The notes under the pieces are model-generated. The model was not told the DNA's origin. It searched no databases and saw only the letters and a program-made list of their open reading frames with translations. 64,000 nucleotides of DNA from Octopus sinensis. Its lineage: Eukaryota. Below are positions 52,388 through 64,000 of the stretch, in pieces. Every line of letters begins with the position of its first letter. Position 1 is the first letter of the stretch. The translations under genes were made by a program, and so were the position numbers. The DNA lies in assembly GCF_006345805.1 (NCBI RefSeq), contig NC_043003.1:46686001-46750000 (forward strand), in the 5' to 3' direction.

Positions 52388-53334
52388 TGACGACGGACTC
52401 CGAGACGGTTTTCGTCAACCAATATTCACTCACACAGCATTAGTCGGTCCGAGGCAATAGTAGAAGACATGCCTAGGGAGCCGCATAGTGAGACTTGAAC
52501 CCAAAATCCCGTGGTTGTAAAGCTCTAAATCTTAATTATAAAAACCATGTCTCCGCGCGCGTCTATCTGTGTGCGCGTGTGTCTGTAACTATATGTGAAC
52601 GTATGTATGTGCATGTGTGTGTACTTATATATGTATGTATAACCCCCATGCTGTAGTTAGTTAGTTAGTGGTTAGGTTCAGTGAAGAGCCTGTTAATTAA
52701 TTTAGTGCATGTCAAGAAGGTGAAATACGCTGTGTAAAAAATGTATTCTACCTCTTATGAGAACAATCACAAAATTAACTGCAATCTCACGCTGTATTTG
52801 TTGCTCTAGTTTTTGTTGGTCTTCTTCTTCTTCATGATGATGTTAACGTTGTTGCAGCTGCTGATGCTCTTGGCATTTTGTTATTGTTGTTACAGATGTT
52901 TTTATTGTTGTAATCGTGCAAGAACTGTTTGCTCCAGCTGAAAGCTTTTAACAAATTTCGGGGGTAAAAACGTTGATTGTGTGAAAAAAATACGATGTTC
53001 ACAGCTAGACAAATAAATACATGTATGTGATTTATATATGTGTGCACGCGTGTGTATTTATGTATAAGTATGTATGCATGAATACATACACACATACACA
53101 GACACACACATACACACACACACACACACACCACACACAACATATATATATATATATATATCTTTTATCTTTTGCTTTAGTCATTTGACTGTGGCTATGG
53201 TGGGGCAACGTCTTCAAAGGTTTTAGTCGAACAAATCGACCACAGGACTTATTTTAAGCCGAGTATTTATTTTATCGGTCTCTCTTGCCAAACCTCTAGA
53301 TTACTGGGACACAATCACACACACGCACACGCAA

Positions 53335-53404
<70 letters not shown>

Positions 53405-53700
53405 GACAGATTTCATTCAGTTTCCGTCTACCAAATCCACTCACATGGTTTTGGTCGGCCCGAAGTTATAATAGAATATACGTGGCTATGCGGTAAGAAG
53501 CTTGGTACATATATATATGTATTATATATATATAGGCGTGGTTGTGGTAAGAAGCTTGCTTGCCAACGAAATGATTCCGGGCTCAGTTCCACTGTATAGG
53601 TGTCTTCTACTATATAGCCCCGGGCAGACCAAAGCTGTGTGAGTGGAAGTCCTGAGGTCGATTTGTTCGACAAAAAAACCCCTTAAATGCGGTGTTCAAT
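52040..53700. mobile_element. Further diverged family A copies (about 52040-52520 minus, 53160-53480 minus, 53535-53700 plus)
   Basis: Homology. Confidence 0.65.
52260..52390. repeat. (GACA)n(GATA)n microsatellite
   Basis: Direct reading. Confidence 0.97.
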
Positions 53701-54207
53701 CAGTTATATGACAGAGAAAAAGGAAAGGATGAGGATAAAACAATCTTGCCCTCAGTAGATTTGAACTCCCAGTGCATTTCTTGGCAGCATAAAATGCTTT
53801 CCGTGTGCACATTTATAGAATTATCTTCAGATGCAATCATACAAAGAATCATACAAACTTAGACGTTATAACATAAGATACAAACACACATATTCGCTCA
53901 GGCATTACTGCATTCCTCCATTCACAAATATAAACACAAACAAAATTCAATATAGCTATCTGTCTAAAAATAGAACACCTGCATTCTGACATTGGACTAG
54001 CTTATCTTATCTGTATAGGTACACACACACACACACACACACACACATGCGTACATACACAAAGACAGACAAGCAGGCAGACAAAGAAGAAAGTTAATCA
54101 AAAGATTACAGATTGAAACCATCACCGGAACTGTAAAAGTTTGTAAAACTTTGCAGAAGCTTAGTGGTTAAGACGGTATGTGCATGTCTAGACATGCATG
54201 CAACTAT

Positions 54208-54590
54208 AAGGTGGTGAGCTGGCAGAAACGTTAGCACGCCGGGCTAAATGCGTAACCGTATTTCGTCTGCCGTTACGTTCTGAGTTCAAATTCCGCCGAG
54301 GTCGACTTTGCCTTTCATCCTTTCGGGGTCGATAAATTAAGGACCAGTTACGCACTGGGGTCGATGTAATCGATTTAATCCGTTTGTCTGTCCTTGTTTG
54401 TCTTCCCCAAGCTGTATCAACATTTGCTTTTCTTTTGGATAACATGGGTGGCGTGGAGAGGGGAAACCGGTGTGCATGGGCGATTGCTGCTCTTCTATAA
54501 AAACAACCTTGCCCGGACTTGTACCTCGTAGGGTAACTTTCTAGGTGCAATCCTATGGTTATTCATGACCGAAGCGAGTCTTTACCCTTT
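54208..54590 (+). mobile_element. Chimeric SINE: family B head/body fused to the family D 3' half
   Basis: Switch at about 54408 (TTTGTCTTCC then CCAAGCTGTATC). Confidence 0.8.
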
Positions 54591-55385
54591 ACATTACAAC
54601 TACTCTGTTGATGTCGTTGAAGTACCAATGAAGGAGCATTGGATATAGGTTGGAAACTGGCTCTTATTCCATTGGTAAGAAATCCAAAAATGAAACTAAG
54701 TAATTACACTCTTACGTACATACCTAAATGTAATTATTAATCACCATCGAGTTATAATATTCACTTCACTTACTATATTGAGCGTCTGAACATAAAACGA
54801 GAACAAGGATGCAAAGGTTTAGCATTGATTCAGACTCTCAATGCCACATCATCCCCTTTCAACAATATCTACCAACCCACCAAGTGTTAAAGAGCAGCCA
54901 TTAATCAAATTTTCATACAGAGGCAATAGCGTCATGAAAGCTGGAAAAGAGATCCTCGGAGAGTCTTTCTTGACTGATAATCTAAGATGCACCCAGGGAA
55001 GTTGCGCTGCTCACCGCAACGAAACAGCACATGAGAGTCATTTTGCTTGTTATAAGGTCATGCTTGGCTTTGTTGTTCGAAAATTTCTCAGAGCTAGTAA
55101 CATAAGTAACCAGAGTAATCTATCTTGAACCGGTATATTACCTCTTAATTTGAAGGATTTTTATCTTTTCATTTATTTATTTATTTATTTATTTAATCTT
55201 GGAACTGGAAATGAAAAATGTGTGATGCAAAAAAAGGAAAGGAATAGTCTGGATGTTAAGAAATAATGATCTGACGACCGATACAGATTCTATGGATTTA
55301 GAAAGGATGATGTCCCCCCTTCATAAGGAGCTGTCTGAAAATGACTCCACTGTACTATACGTAAATGTATATAGACAGACACATG

Positions 55386-55419
<34 letters not shown>

Positions 55420-56596
55420 TGTATGTATGTATACATACATATATATATTTATATAGGAAGAATTTACAAAAAAAAAAAAGAAAAGACGAAGACAGGTGGA
55501 GTAGACAACAAACAGATGTATTAGTTTAACGCTCGGGAAGTGAAAAAGTCTTAAACGTTTCGAGCCTACGTTCTTCCACAGAAAGGAACACAGAAAGAAA
55601 CAAGGAGAGAAAATAAAGAATGTGTAGTGCCTAGCGATTTATCATTATATATATATACCGAGAGTGTTATCCAAGTGATCAGAAAAGGCCACTGGGGAGG
55701 CCTCTACGGGGATGGGAAGACGATTTAGTAAAACGATTTGGGCCAAGACGGAAAGGAATGACACAATGAAGACGACGTTGAAAGTTTATCGTGCCCAGCA
55801 ACGTATGCCATTCTCCAATAGTCTGTTCAATAGAGGTAATGCACACACACAACACATACACTCACACACACACATGTATATTGTATATGTTGAGTGCACG
55901 ACTTCTGTTATATTTAGGACACTCCACCGATTATCATAGACAAGTATAGTGATTATGTAACTACTATACTAAGGAAGTATAGTAGTTGTATAAATACAGA
56001 GCAAATATTGCAGAAATTACAATAAACACAAGTTATTATTAGTAGTTCCTACGTACGTTTCACCGTTATGGTTGCTTGGAACCCTGTATCGGATATTTCA
56101 AATGCATTTGGATGCTTAACCAGAACAGATCATAAAGGGAAAACTTTTTTGCGTTAAATTACAGAAAACTAATCTCAAGACTTCTTTGTCTTTTCTATTC
56201 TTTTTTTTTTTTTGGCTCCTTTTTTCTTTCTATTTCCAATCTTTCTTTCTACGTCTTTCTTTCACTCCCCCACCCATCTTGTTTCTTAGTTCAGTTTTTT
56301 CCTTTCCTCAACCAATGGTTTCCCTTGTATTTCCCTATGAAAATAGTTATAGAATACCTCACCATCTACCGAACACCTGACTTTAGTTCTCTGGAATTTA
56401 ATGCAATAAAATATTCCTTGCTGATTTGTTCTGGTTAAGCATCGCAATGCAGTTTAAACATCCGATGCCGGGTTCCAAGCAGCCATATTGGCTAAACGTA
56501 CTTAGGAACTAATGAAATAAGCTTGTACATATCGCAATTTTTCATTCACACACACACACACACGCACACACACACATATATATATATATATATTAT

Positions 56597-56638
<42 letters not shown>

Positions 56639-56732
56639 ATATATATATGTAGGTCCCGGTTGATTCGGGGTTAACCACAGTAAATAAGGTACTCAATACA
56701 TAGCAGAGTAAAATTAATTTATTATATAGAAG

Positions 56733-56785
56733 GAGCTTCTACAGGACTAGAACTGTTTCATTCAAGAGAAATCTTCAGGAAGCTC
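56733..56785 (-). ncRNA. Mirror type I hammerhead on the minus strand (7-bp helix I)
   Basis: Exact reverse-complement copy of the plus-strand motif. It continues into a tail ending at about 56649 at a (TA)n tract. Confidence 0.8.
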
Positions 56786-56842
56786 AGGAGCTTCCTGAAG
56801 ATTTCTCTTGAATGAAACAGTTCTAGTCCTGTAGAAGCTCCT
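56786..56842 (+). ncRNA. Type I hammerhead ribozyme motif (complete)
   Basis: 9-bp helix I AGGAGCUUC/GAAGCUCCU; CUGAAGA at 56795-56801; helix II U.U plus UUC/GAA with UCUU loop; GAAA at 56814-56817; 4-bp helix III ACAG/CUGU; GUA at 56831-56833. Confidence 0.82.
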
Positions 56843-56850
56843 TCTATATA

Positions 56851-56896
<46 letters not shown>

Positions 56897-56930
56897 TGGC
56901 TCAGGGTTCTATCTATAACAGTTTCTATAA

Positions 56931-57097
56931 GCGCAGAAGTGGCTGTGTGGTAAGTAGCTTGCGTACCAACCACATGGTTACGGGTTCAGTCCCACTGCAT
57001 GGCACCTTGGGCAAGTGTCTTCTATAGCCTCGGGCCGACCAAAGCCTAGTGAATGGATTTGGCAGACGGAAACTGAAAGAAGCACGTCGTATATATG

Positions 57098-57194
<97 letters not shown>

Positions 57195-57430
57195 TGTATG
57201 TATGTATGTGTATATTTGTGTGTTTGGGTATGTTCCCCCAACATCGCTTGACAACCGATGCTGGTGTGTTTACGTCAGCGTAACGTAGCGGTTCGGCAAA
57301 AGAACCGATAAAATAAGTACTAGGCTTACAAAGAATTAGTCCTGGGATCGATTTGCTCGACTAAAGGCGATGCTCCAGCATTGCCACAGTCACAGTCAAA
57401 TGGCTGAAACAAGTAAAAGGGTAATAAAAA
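56931..57430 (+). mobile_element. SINE family A
   Basis: Full homology. Confidence 0.85.
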
Positions 57431-57867
57431 TTTGTATTTTCCGACGTATATACAGCAAAGGATGATGATGATGATGGTGACGATGACGACGATGAAGGTG
57501 GTGGTGGTGGTGGTGGTTGTGGTGGTTGTGGTGGTGGCGCTGGTGGTGATGCTGGTTGTGATGATGATGATAATAGTGATGATGGTGATGGCTGTGAACG
57601 ACGACAGCGTCAGTTATGACAATGAGGGTTAACAACATATAAGAGTACATCATTGTTCCACACGTGCTGTTAGTATCCCACCAATAGTATCCGTCGTTTG
57701 ACCTAAGCTGTATTCCTCTCCCTCCATCCCGTATCCCTCCGACCTGTTGCCGAATATCGTTTACTTTTTTTTTTCCTCTGTTGTTTTCTATGTACTGACT
57801 GTTACAAGGCACTTGACTCAGCACATGTGCGAGTGTGTGTGTGTATGTGTGCATGCATGTATGCGTG

Positions 57868-57918
<51 letters not shown>

Positions 57919-58527
57919 TGTGTGTGTGTGTGTGTAGTACATGTTTGTGTACAACCAACAACGACCTCAACAACAATAAAACTTAATCTCTCTGGGCCAG
58001 CTTTAAACGCAGTAAAAGCAACTATCAGAGAACATTCATTTAATATGAACTGTAAACAAAGAAAAACAATGCTTAATTAGGGTGTTAATAGTGGTGATGG
58101 TGGTGGCAGTAGTGGTGGTGGTGGTGGTGGGTAGGTGTCCTTGAGGTTACAATCGTCAACACTCAGGCTGCATCTATTTAAACTTCTCCCATTACACTGA
58201 AGCTCGTGGCAGGTTTCTGGTGATAACCTCACACAGCGAAAATAGCACTTGTTATTTCTTATTATAATCTTTACACTAAACCCACCTTAATTCGCGTCAG
58301 CTCAACTTGACTCGCCTTCTGTCTTTTTCCTCTGGTTTTCCCAGACCAGTGGTTCTCAACCGGGTTTCATGTGGTCCCTTAGGGTCCGTATAAGATATTT
58401 GGGGTTTCCATGCAACAAAATAGTAAATTGAGAATCCACAATAGTATTTTAAAGGCTCCTGAAGAAAATTTGCTTTATTAGATGTATGTATTGGTATGTA
58501 TTGGTATGTATTGCAAGAAACACCGCT

Positions 58528-59012
58528 TTTGCTCGTTGCAGTCATATGACTGCGGCCATGCTGGAGCACCGCCTTTAGTCGAACAAATCGACCTAAGGAC
58601 TAATTCTTTGTAAGCGTAGTACTTATTCTATCGGTCCGTTTTGCCGAACCGCTAACTTACAGGGACATAAACACACGAACATCGGTTGTCAAGTGATGGT
58701 GGGGGAACAAACACAGACTCAAATGCACACACACAAACAGACATACATACAAAAACATACATATATGTATATATATTAGACAAAATGAGATAACAAAGCC
58801 AAGGGTGTGAGGAGTTTCCAGGACATTTATAAGGAAATAGTCTTACAGGCTGTTTGTGGAATATTATGGATGTCTCTTCTTCAGAGACGGTGTGAGATGG
58901 TTTATGGGCTTCTTTCAGTTTCCGTCTATCAATTCCACTCACAAGGCTTTGGTCGGCTCGAGGCTATAGAAGACACTTGCTCAAGGTGACACGCAGTTGG
59001 ACTGAACCTGAG
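58528..59012 (-). mobile_element. SINE family A nested in a hAT-like element
   Basis: Homology, with an internal insertion. Confidence 0.75.
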
Positions 59013-59037
59013 GTTTCTTTCTCTAACGTTTTACTTA

Positions 59038-59180
59038 CAGTCGTGGCCAAATATTTGGAACATAGGTTTGAAAACTAGAATTTTCATATTAAATGCCCAA
59101 AGTTATATTTGAATAGAATTGTACTCGGGCACAACAAATTTAATTTTGAAAAAGAGTTTTCAAACTTCTGGTCACGATTG
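59038..59180. mobile_element. Tc1-like MITE (143 bp)
   Basis: TA TSD; TIR CAGTCGTGGCCAAA versus CAATCGTGACCAGA. Confidence 0.7.
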
Positions 59181-59511
59181 TAGTTCAACTCACACAAGTT
59201 AATGTCCGAGAAACAAAATAGAAATTCCGAAAGAAGTTTCTATAAAACTAGTTTTTAAACACTGAATGGTTATGGGAGTCCACCGGAATAAAACAATAAT
59301 TAAATGATTCTATAGATAAAAAATGTTTGAGAACCCCTGTCCTAGATCATGACTTTCCGAGGTGCAAAATGGCGTATCAGTGAGTAAAGTAATGCCGGGG
59401 AGTGTGTACTTTATTAATTAATGTCGCTTTTTATGATAAAATTATCAGCTTAGTATTCGAAATGACTTTTATTAAGAAGATCTAAAATATCATTATTCAT
59501 TATTTTATATA

Positions 59512-60010
59512 GGCACAAGTATAGCTGTGTGGTTAAGGAGCGCGCTTTGCAACCGTATGGTTTCGGGTTCAGTTTCATTGCGCAGCATCTTGGGCAAGTG
59601 TCTTCTACTATAGCCCCGGGCGACAAATGCTTTGTGAATGAATTTGGTAAACGAAAACTGTGTTGAAGCTCGTCGTGTGTACATATATGCGCGTGTGTGT
59701 ATGTTTGTGTGTACATGTGCGTGTGTATGTGTGTGTTGGTGCGTGTGCATGTATATGTGGGTTCGTGCGTGTGTGTGTATTTGTGTTTATGTATTTATGT
59801 GTGCTTATGTGTGTTTATGCGCGCGTGTGTGTTCATGTCTTTGTTCCTGCGTTTGTCCCATCGTCACTGCTTGACAACCGATGGTGGTTTGTGTACATTC
59901 CTGCCACTTAGCGAACGCAAGGACCCAATAGAATAAGTACCAGGCTTTTAAAAAAATAACTACTGCAGGCGATTTTTCCAATTCATATTCTTTCAAGGCA
60001 GTGCCCCAGA
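59512..60010 (+). mobile_element. SINE family A, diverged
   Basis: Homology. Confidence 0.7.
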
Positions 60011-60674
60011 AAAAGATAAAAATATGTAAATTTAATACTTAAGAGATTTGGGCAGTTTCGTCCTTATTTCATTTGCATCGGCACATTTGTATGCATCTGG
60101 ATTCAGTTCTCTTTCATCAATGATTAGCTTAAAAAAACGCACTTCGTGCGGGCTTTTATGCTAGCTCCTGCGGAGGGCTAATTCGGCCTGCGATACAAAA
60201 CTAAAGAGAGCTAGATATCATGGCTATAATACGTCTATAATGACCATATGTCACAAGTCGAGTTGCAACTGTTGGCCAATTTGTCCCAAAGTTCCTATTT
60301 CGACGCAAAATAAACGAAGCGAATATCATTTATCTCCCCCTTTGGTCTCTAACGTCATCTGATAAACGCCAACCAAGATGGCGTGAATCAGCCGAGATTT
60401 ACCTGCTAGAAATAGCAATCCAAATGCTTTTAAAACAGATCCCAATGCTGGGTGTTCTAAAACCAGATGACTTTCAATCCTGAGATCATCCTGATTCCGA
60501 GAAGGTATAGTATGTCTATGCAGAACAAATGTAGACTAAGATACGGGCATCTCGGACAGACAGAATTTCGCGTATACCATTATAGAAGACAAACTCAGAG
60601 AATTGTATGAATCAAAAGGTATATCTGTACATCACAGTGAAGATGGATAAAGATCCTTCTTGGGTTATATAAAC

Positions 60675-60890
60675 TCATAGGGCCGGTTTCCTGATTTCTA
60701 AGGCGTATATATTCACCCTGCACAGATGGAATGCTGGTTCATCGCAGGATTACTCATTTTCCCAGCTAGTAAAGTGCAGAAACGTGAAATGAAATGTTTT
60801 ACTCGGGAATACAACGCATCGCCCGGTCCTGGAATCAAAACCACACTCTTACGATAATGAGTCCAACACCCTAACCACTAAGCCACTCAA
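60675..60890 (-). mobile_element. tRNA-headed SINE with C/D-like head and a different body
   Basis: Minus-strand TGGCTTAGTGGTTAGGG...TTTGATTCC head. Confidence 0.6.
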
Positions 60891-61466
60891 GTCGGCTATT
60901 ACAGTCAACATAAGAACTTGCAAATTTTGAGAAGATCACGAAAGCTGGAACGAAGAAGTTACCAAAGTTTATTCAAACAAGTGAAATTGATTTCACTATT
61001 CATAGCTTTTTTTGTTTATTCTTTTCCGATTCCTCAAATGACTTCTGTTTTTTTATGCACCGAATCATAAGCTACGTATTTTGTAATTGCAATTTGTTCT
61101 CTCACAGTACTACATGTGGCTCAATTAAAAGTAATAATAATAATGATTTCAAATTTTGGCGACAGACCAGCAAGATTGGGGAGGGTATATGTCAATTAAA
61201 TCGACCCCAGTATTCAACTGGTACTTATTTTACCGATCTCGGAAGGATGAAAAGTAAAGTCAACCTCAACGAAATTTGAACTCAGGGCGTAAAGACTGGC
61301 GAAATACATTCAAGCATTTGTCCCGGCGTGCTAGCATTTTTGCCAGTTCGCTGCCTTAAAAGTAATAATTTTTTCTACTATAGGCACAGTGCCTGAAATT
61401 TTAGAAATAAGAATTGTACTCGCCAATATCACCGAAAGATAGTTATTAGAATATTATAAATAGCAA

Positions 61467-61846
61467 AGGCGGCGAGCTGGCAGAAACGTTAGCACGCCGG
61501 GCGAAATGCGTAGCCGTATTTCGTCTGCCGTTACGTTCTGAGTTCAAATTCCGCCGAGGTCGACTTTGCCTTTCATCCTTTCGGGGTCGATAAAGTAAGT
61601 ACTAGTTACGCACTGGGGTCGATACAATCGACTTAATCCGTTTGTCCGTCCTTGTTTGTCCTCTCTGTGTTTAACCCCTTGTGGGTAGTAAAGAAATAGG
61701 TTTTCGTTTGTTTTCACGTTCTGAGTTCAAATTCCGTCGAGGTTGACTTTAGCTTTCATCCTTTCGGGATCTATAAATTAAGTACCAGTTGCGAAATGGC
61801 TCCTTCCTCCCGCAAAAAAATTCGGGCCTTGTGCCTAGTGTAGAAA
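61467..61846 (+). mobile_element. SINE family B dimer (young unit plus old-subfamily unit) with 19-bp TSD (1 mismatch)
   Basis: AGAATATTATAA(A/T)TAGCAA at 61448-61466 and 61847-61865. Confidence 0.88.
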
Positions 61847-62519
61847 AGAATATTATAATTAGCAATTAACATGGAAGAAAGATAAATGATTAAAACAATC
61901 GCTCCAGGTTCATCGTTGTTGCTGTTTAACCCCAGGTCTGTGTTCCAGTCGCGACTATTCGATTTTTTTAATTTAAAGATCCAACGCTACATTGTCCTAG
62001 CTGTATGACAATGAAGTTTTAGATACAATAGTTCTACAATCGTCTGGGGTATCAGTTCATAAAATGACATTTTATGAAATTTCTAGCATATTGAACAATC
62101 ACGTAGAGGCTTCGCCATTAACTGTGAATAGAATATCAGTATTATAATATTTAAAAAAAATTGAATTATTAATTAATATAATTAAATTTATTGTTAAATA
62201 AGATCTTTTTAGTTAGTAACGTATCATGATCAAAGCTTGCTTTTCTATAGCTTAATCAGAGAAAGGTCTAAACTCTTATCTTGGATCTCCAAGATATGTA
62301 GAATGAAAGGAGGAAGTGATCTTCGTACTGGTGATAGGGCTCTGTTGAAAGCACCCCAAGACCAGGCAGTGTTGTTTGGTATTCTTTATTTCACTAACAC
62401 ATTTTCAAAAGTGTAGTTAGTGGTAACATTAAGGAATAAAGAGAGAGAAAGCATAGTGACCTCAGCGTGTATCTACGTATGTCCGCCTGCTTGCATAAGC
62501 GTGTCTATGAATGTTATAC

Positions 62520-62745
62520 TCTTTAGCTTTTACTTGTTTTCACTCATTGGACAGCAGCCATTTTGGGGAACTGCCTTGAAGGATTTAGTTGAACAAATCG
62601 GATTCAGTGCATGTTTTTGAGTTTGGTGGTACATATTGTATAGGTTACTCTTGCCCAACCGATAAGTTATGGGGATTTAAGCAAACCAACACTGCTCGTC
62701 AAGTGTTGGTGAACGACAGACACAACTCAGACACACACACACACA

Positions 62746-62824
<79 letters not shown>

Positions 62825-63005
62825 CAAACACACACAAATATATATGACGGGCTTCTATCAGTTTCTTTCTATCAAAACAACTCCTAAGGCTTTGGCCGAC
62901 CTGGGGCTATAGTAGAAAGCACTTGCTCAGGTGCCACGCTGTGGGCCTGAAACCGGAATTATGTGGTTGGGAAGCAACTTCTTACTGCACAGTCTCGCCT
63001 GCGTC
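62520..63005 (-). mobile_element. SINE family A, diverged
   Basis: Homology. Confidence 0.7.
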
Positions 63006-63835
63006 TATACTGATAAATTTTAATTAAAATACTTCAAATTTATAAAGTATACAAATCGTCGCAATTAAAATACTTCAGCCTTTATAAAAGTGCACCCCAC
63101 TTACCTCACTTTACCTCACAAACACACATTAACACATATATACTCATCGTCACACATACACACAAACTCATTCACAAGTATACAGTTGCAGATATTTCTT
63201 TTCTATGAGGTCCTGATTATAATTTCTTCTCATGAGTAAAATAGTGTAAAAAATACTACACCAGATTCATCCTGGCACAGGCCCATTATTAGTAGGGAGT
63301 AGGGGTCGCATGAGACGATCGTAATTGTCATATCTCTTTATCTCACGGGACAAAATCGGAAGTTGTACTTTAACTGAGAGTTAACGGCACCTGACTACTT
63401 GTCAGGCAACACGTACTATATCAATAATAGTCACAACAACAACAAGAACATTAACAACTGCAAAAGCAACAACAACAACAACAGTGGTTTCATCAACTGA
63501 AGTGACTTGCCAGTGTGAACGCCAAATCGCGGCTTCATGAGCAGTTAGAAATACCAGTCCATTGTGCTGGTATCTTCCTTCGATTGCTTGTTTCAGTCGT
63601 TGGACTGCGGCCAAGCCGGGGGCACCGCATTGAAGGACTTAGCAGATCAAATCGACTCCAGTACTTATTCTTATTTTCTATTCTGGCGGCTTCTTTTTGC
63701 CGAACCGCTGTGTTACGAACTAAGGGGAACGTAAACAAACCAATACCATTATCAAGTGGTGGTGGTGATGCGCTCATATGTTTTTATTTTCTTTCACTCG
63801 TTTCAATCATTTGACTGCGGCCATGCTGGAGCACA

Positions 63836-63884
<49 letters not shown>

Positions 63885-64000
63885 ATATATATATCAGCCG
63901 AAATTGCGAAGATGATCCGGTTCTTGACTGAAGATTGAAGGCTTCGAATGTCCCGTCCGTGTTTTTTGTATCGTCTTCTAAATGTTTCACGTTCTTGTCC

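Larger units (their letters stand above)
56717..56856. repeat. Perfect 140-bp palindrome (69-bp arms, 2-nt AG loop)
   Basis: Base-by-base check shows 56717-56785 is the exact reverse complement of 56788-56856. Confidence 0.97.
58347..59339. mobile_element. hAT (Charlie-like) non-autonomous element with nested insertions
   Basis: TIR CAGTGGTTCTCAA versus CAGGGGTTCTCAA; degraded 8-bp TSD TCCCAGAC/TCCTAGAT. Confidence 0.68.

Noticed and set aside
54841-55128. 95-aa ORF as a gene
   Set aside because: No recognisable domain or convincing splice sites; this length is expected by chance.
55260-55320. CTGACGA...GAAA as a hammerhead
   Set aside because: Helix II does not close at GAAA and there is no A-U pair plus NUH site.
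1376-63990. Dozens of long ORFs such as MYVCMYV, HTYIHT, IYIYIY and poly-V/L/I/H
   Set aside because: They are translations of stop-free microsatellites, with no protein-like complexity or splice support.

Overview
AT-rich, repeat-saturated eukaryotic genomic DNA with a 100-N scaffold gap at 20666-20765. The mix of tRNA-derived SINE families and dense microsatellites suggests an Octopus genome, but this is an inference from pattern recognition with no database search. No complete host gene can be supported, and most ORF-track entries are translations of microsatellites. Supported content: (1) a 5'-truncated, frameshifted CR1-type LINE (about 3222-5593); (2) an old R4/Dong-like reverse transcriptase fossil on the minus strand (about 9995-11055); (3) dozens of copies of four tRNA-headed SINE families, labelled A-D here, many with TSDs, nesting, chimeras and head-less tandem arrays; (4) five TIR/TSD-defined non-autonomous DNA transposons. 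The most interesting signal is absent from the ORF track: type I hammerhead ribozyme motifs (CUGAnGA...GAAA...GUA). One is solitary (28239-28307). Two loci have them as back-to-back, outward-reading pairs inside large foldback palindromes (19368-19864 and 56717-56856). This points to a non-autonomous Penelope-like or retrozyme-like system. Catalytic activity, novelty and assembly fidelity are untested. Coordinates were counted by hand, and boundaries of old repeats are approximate.
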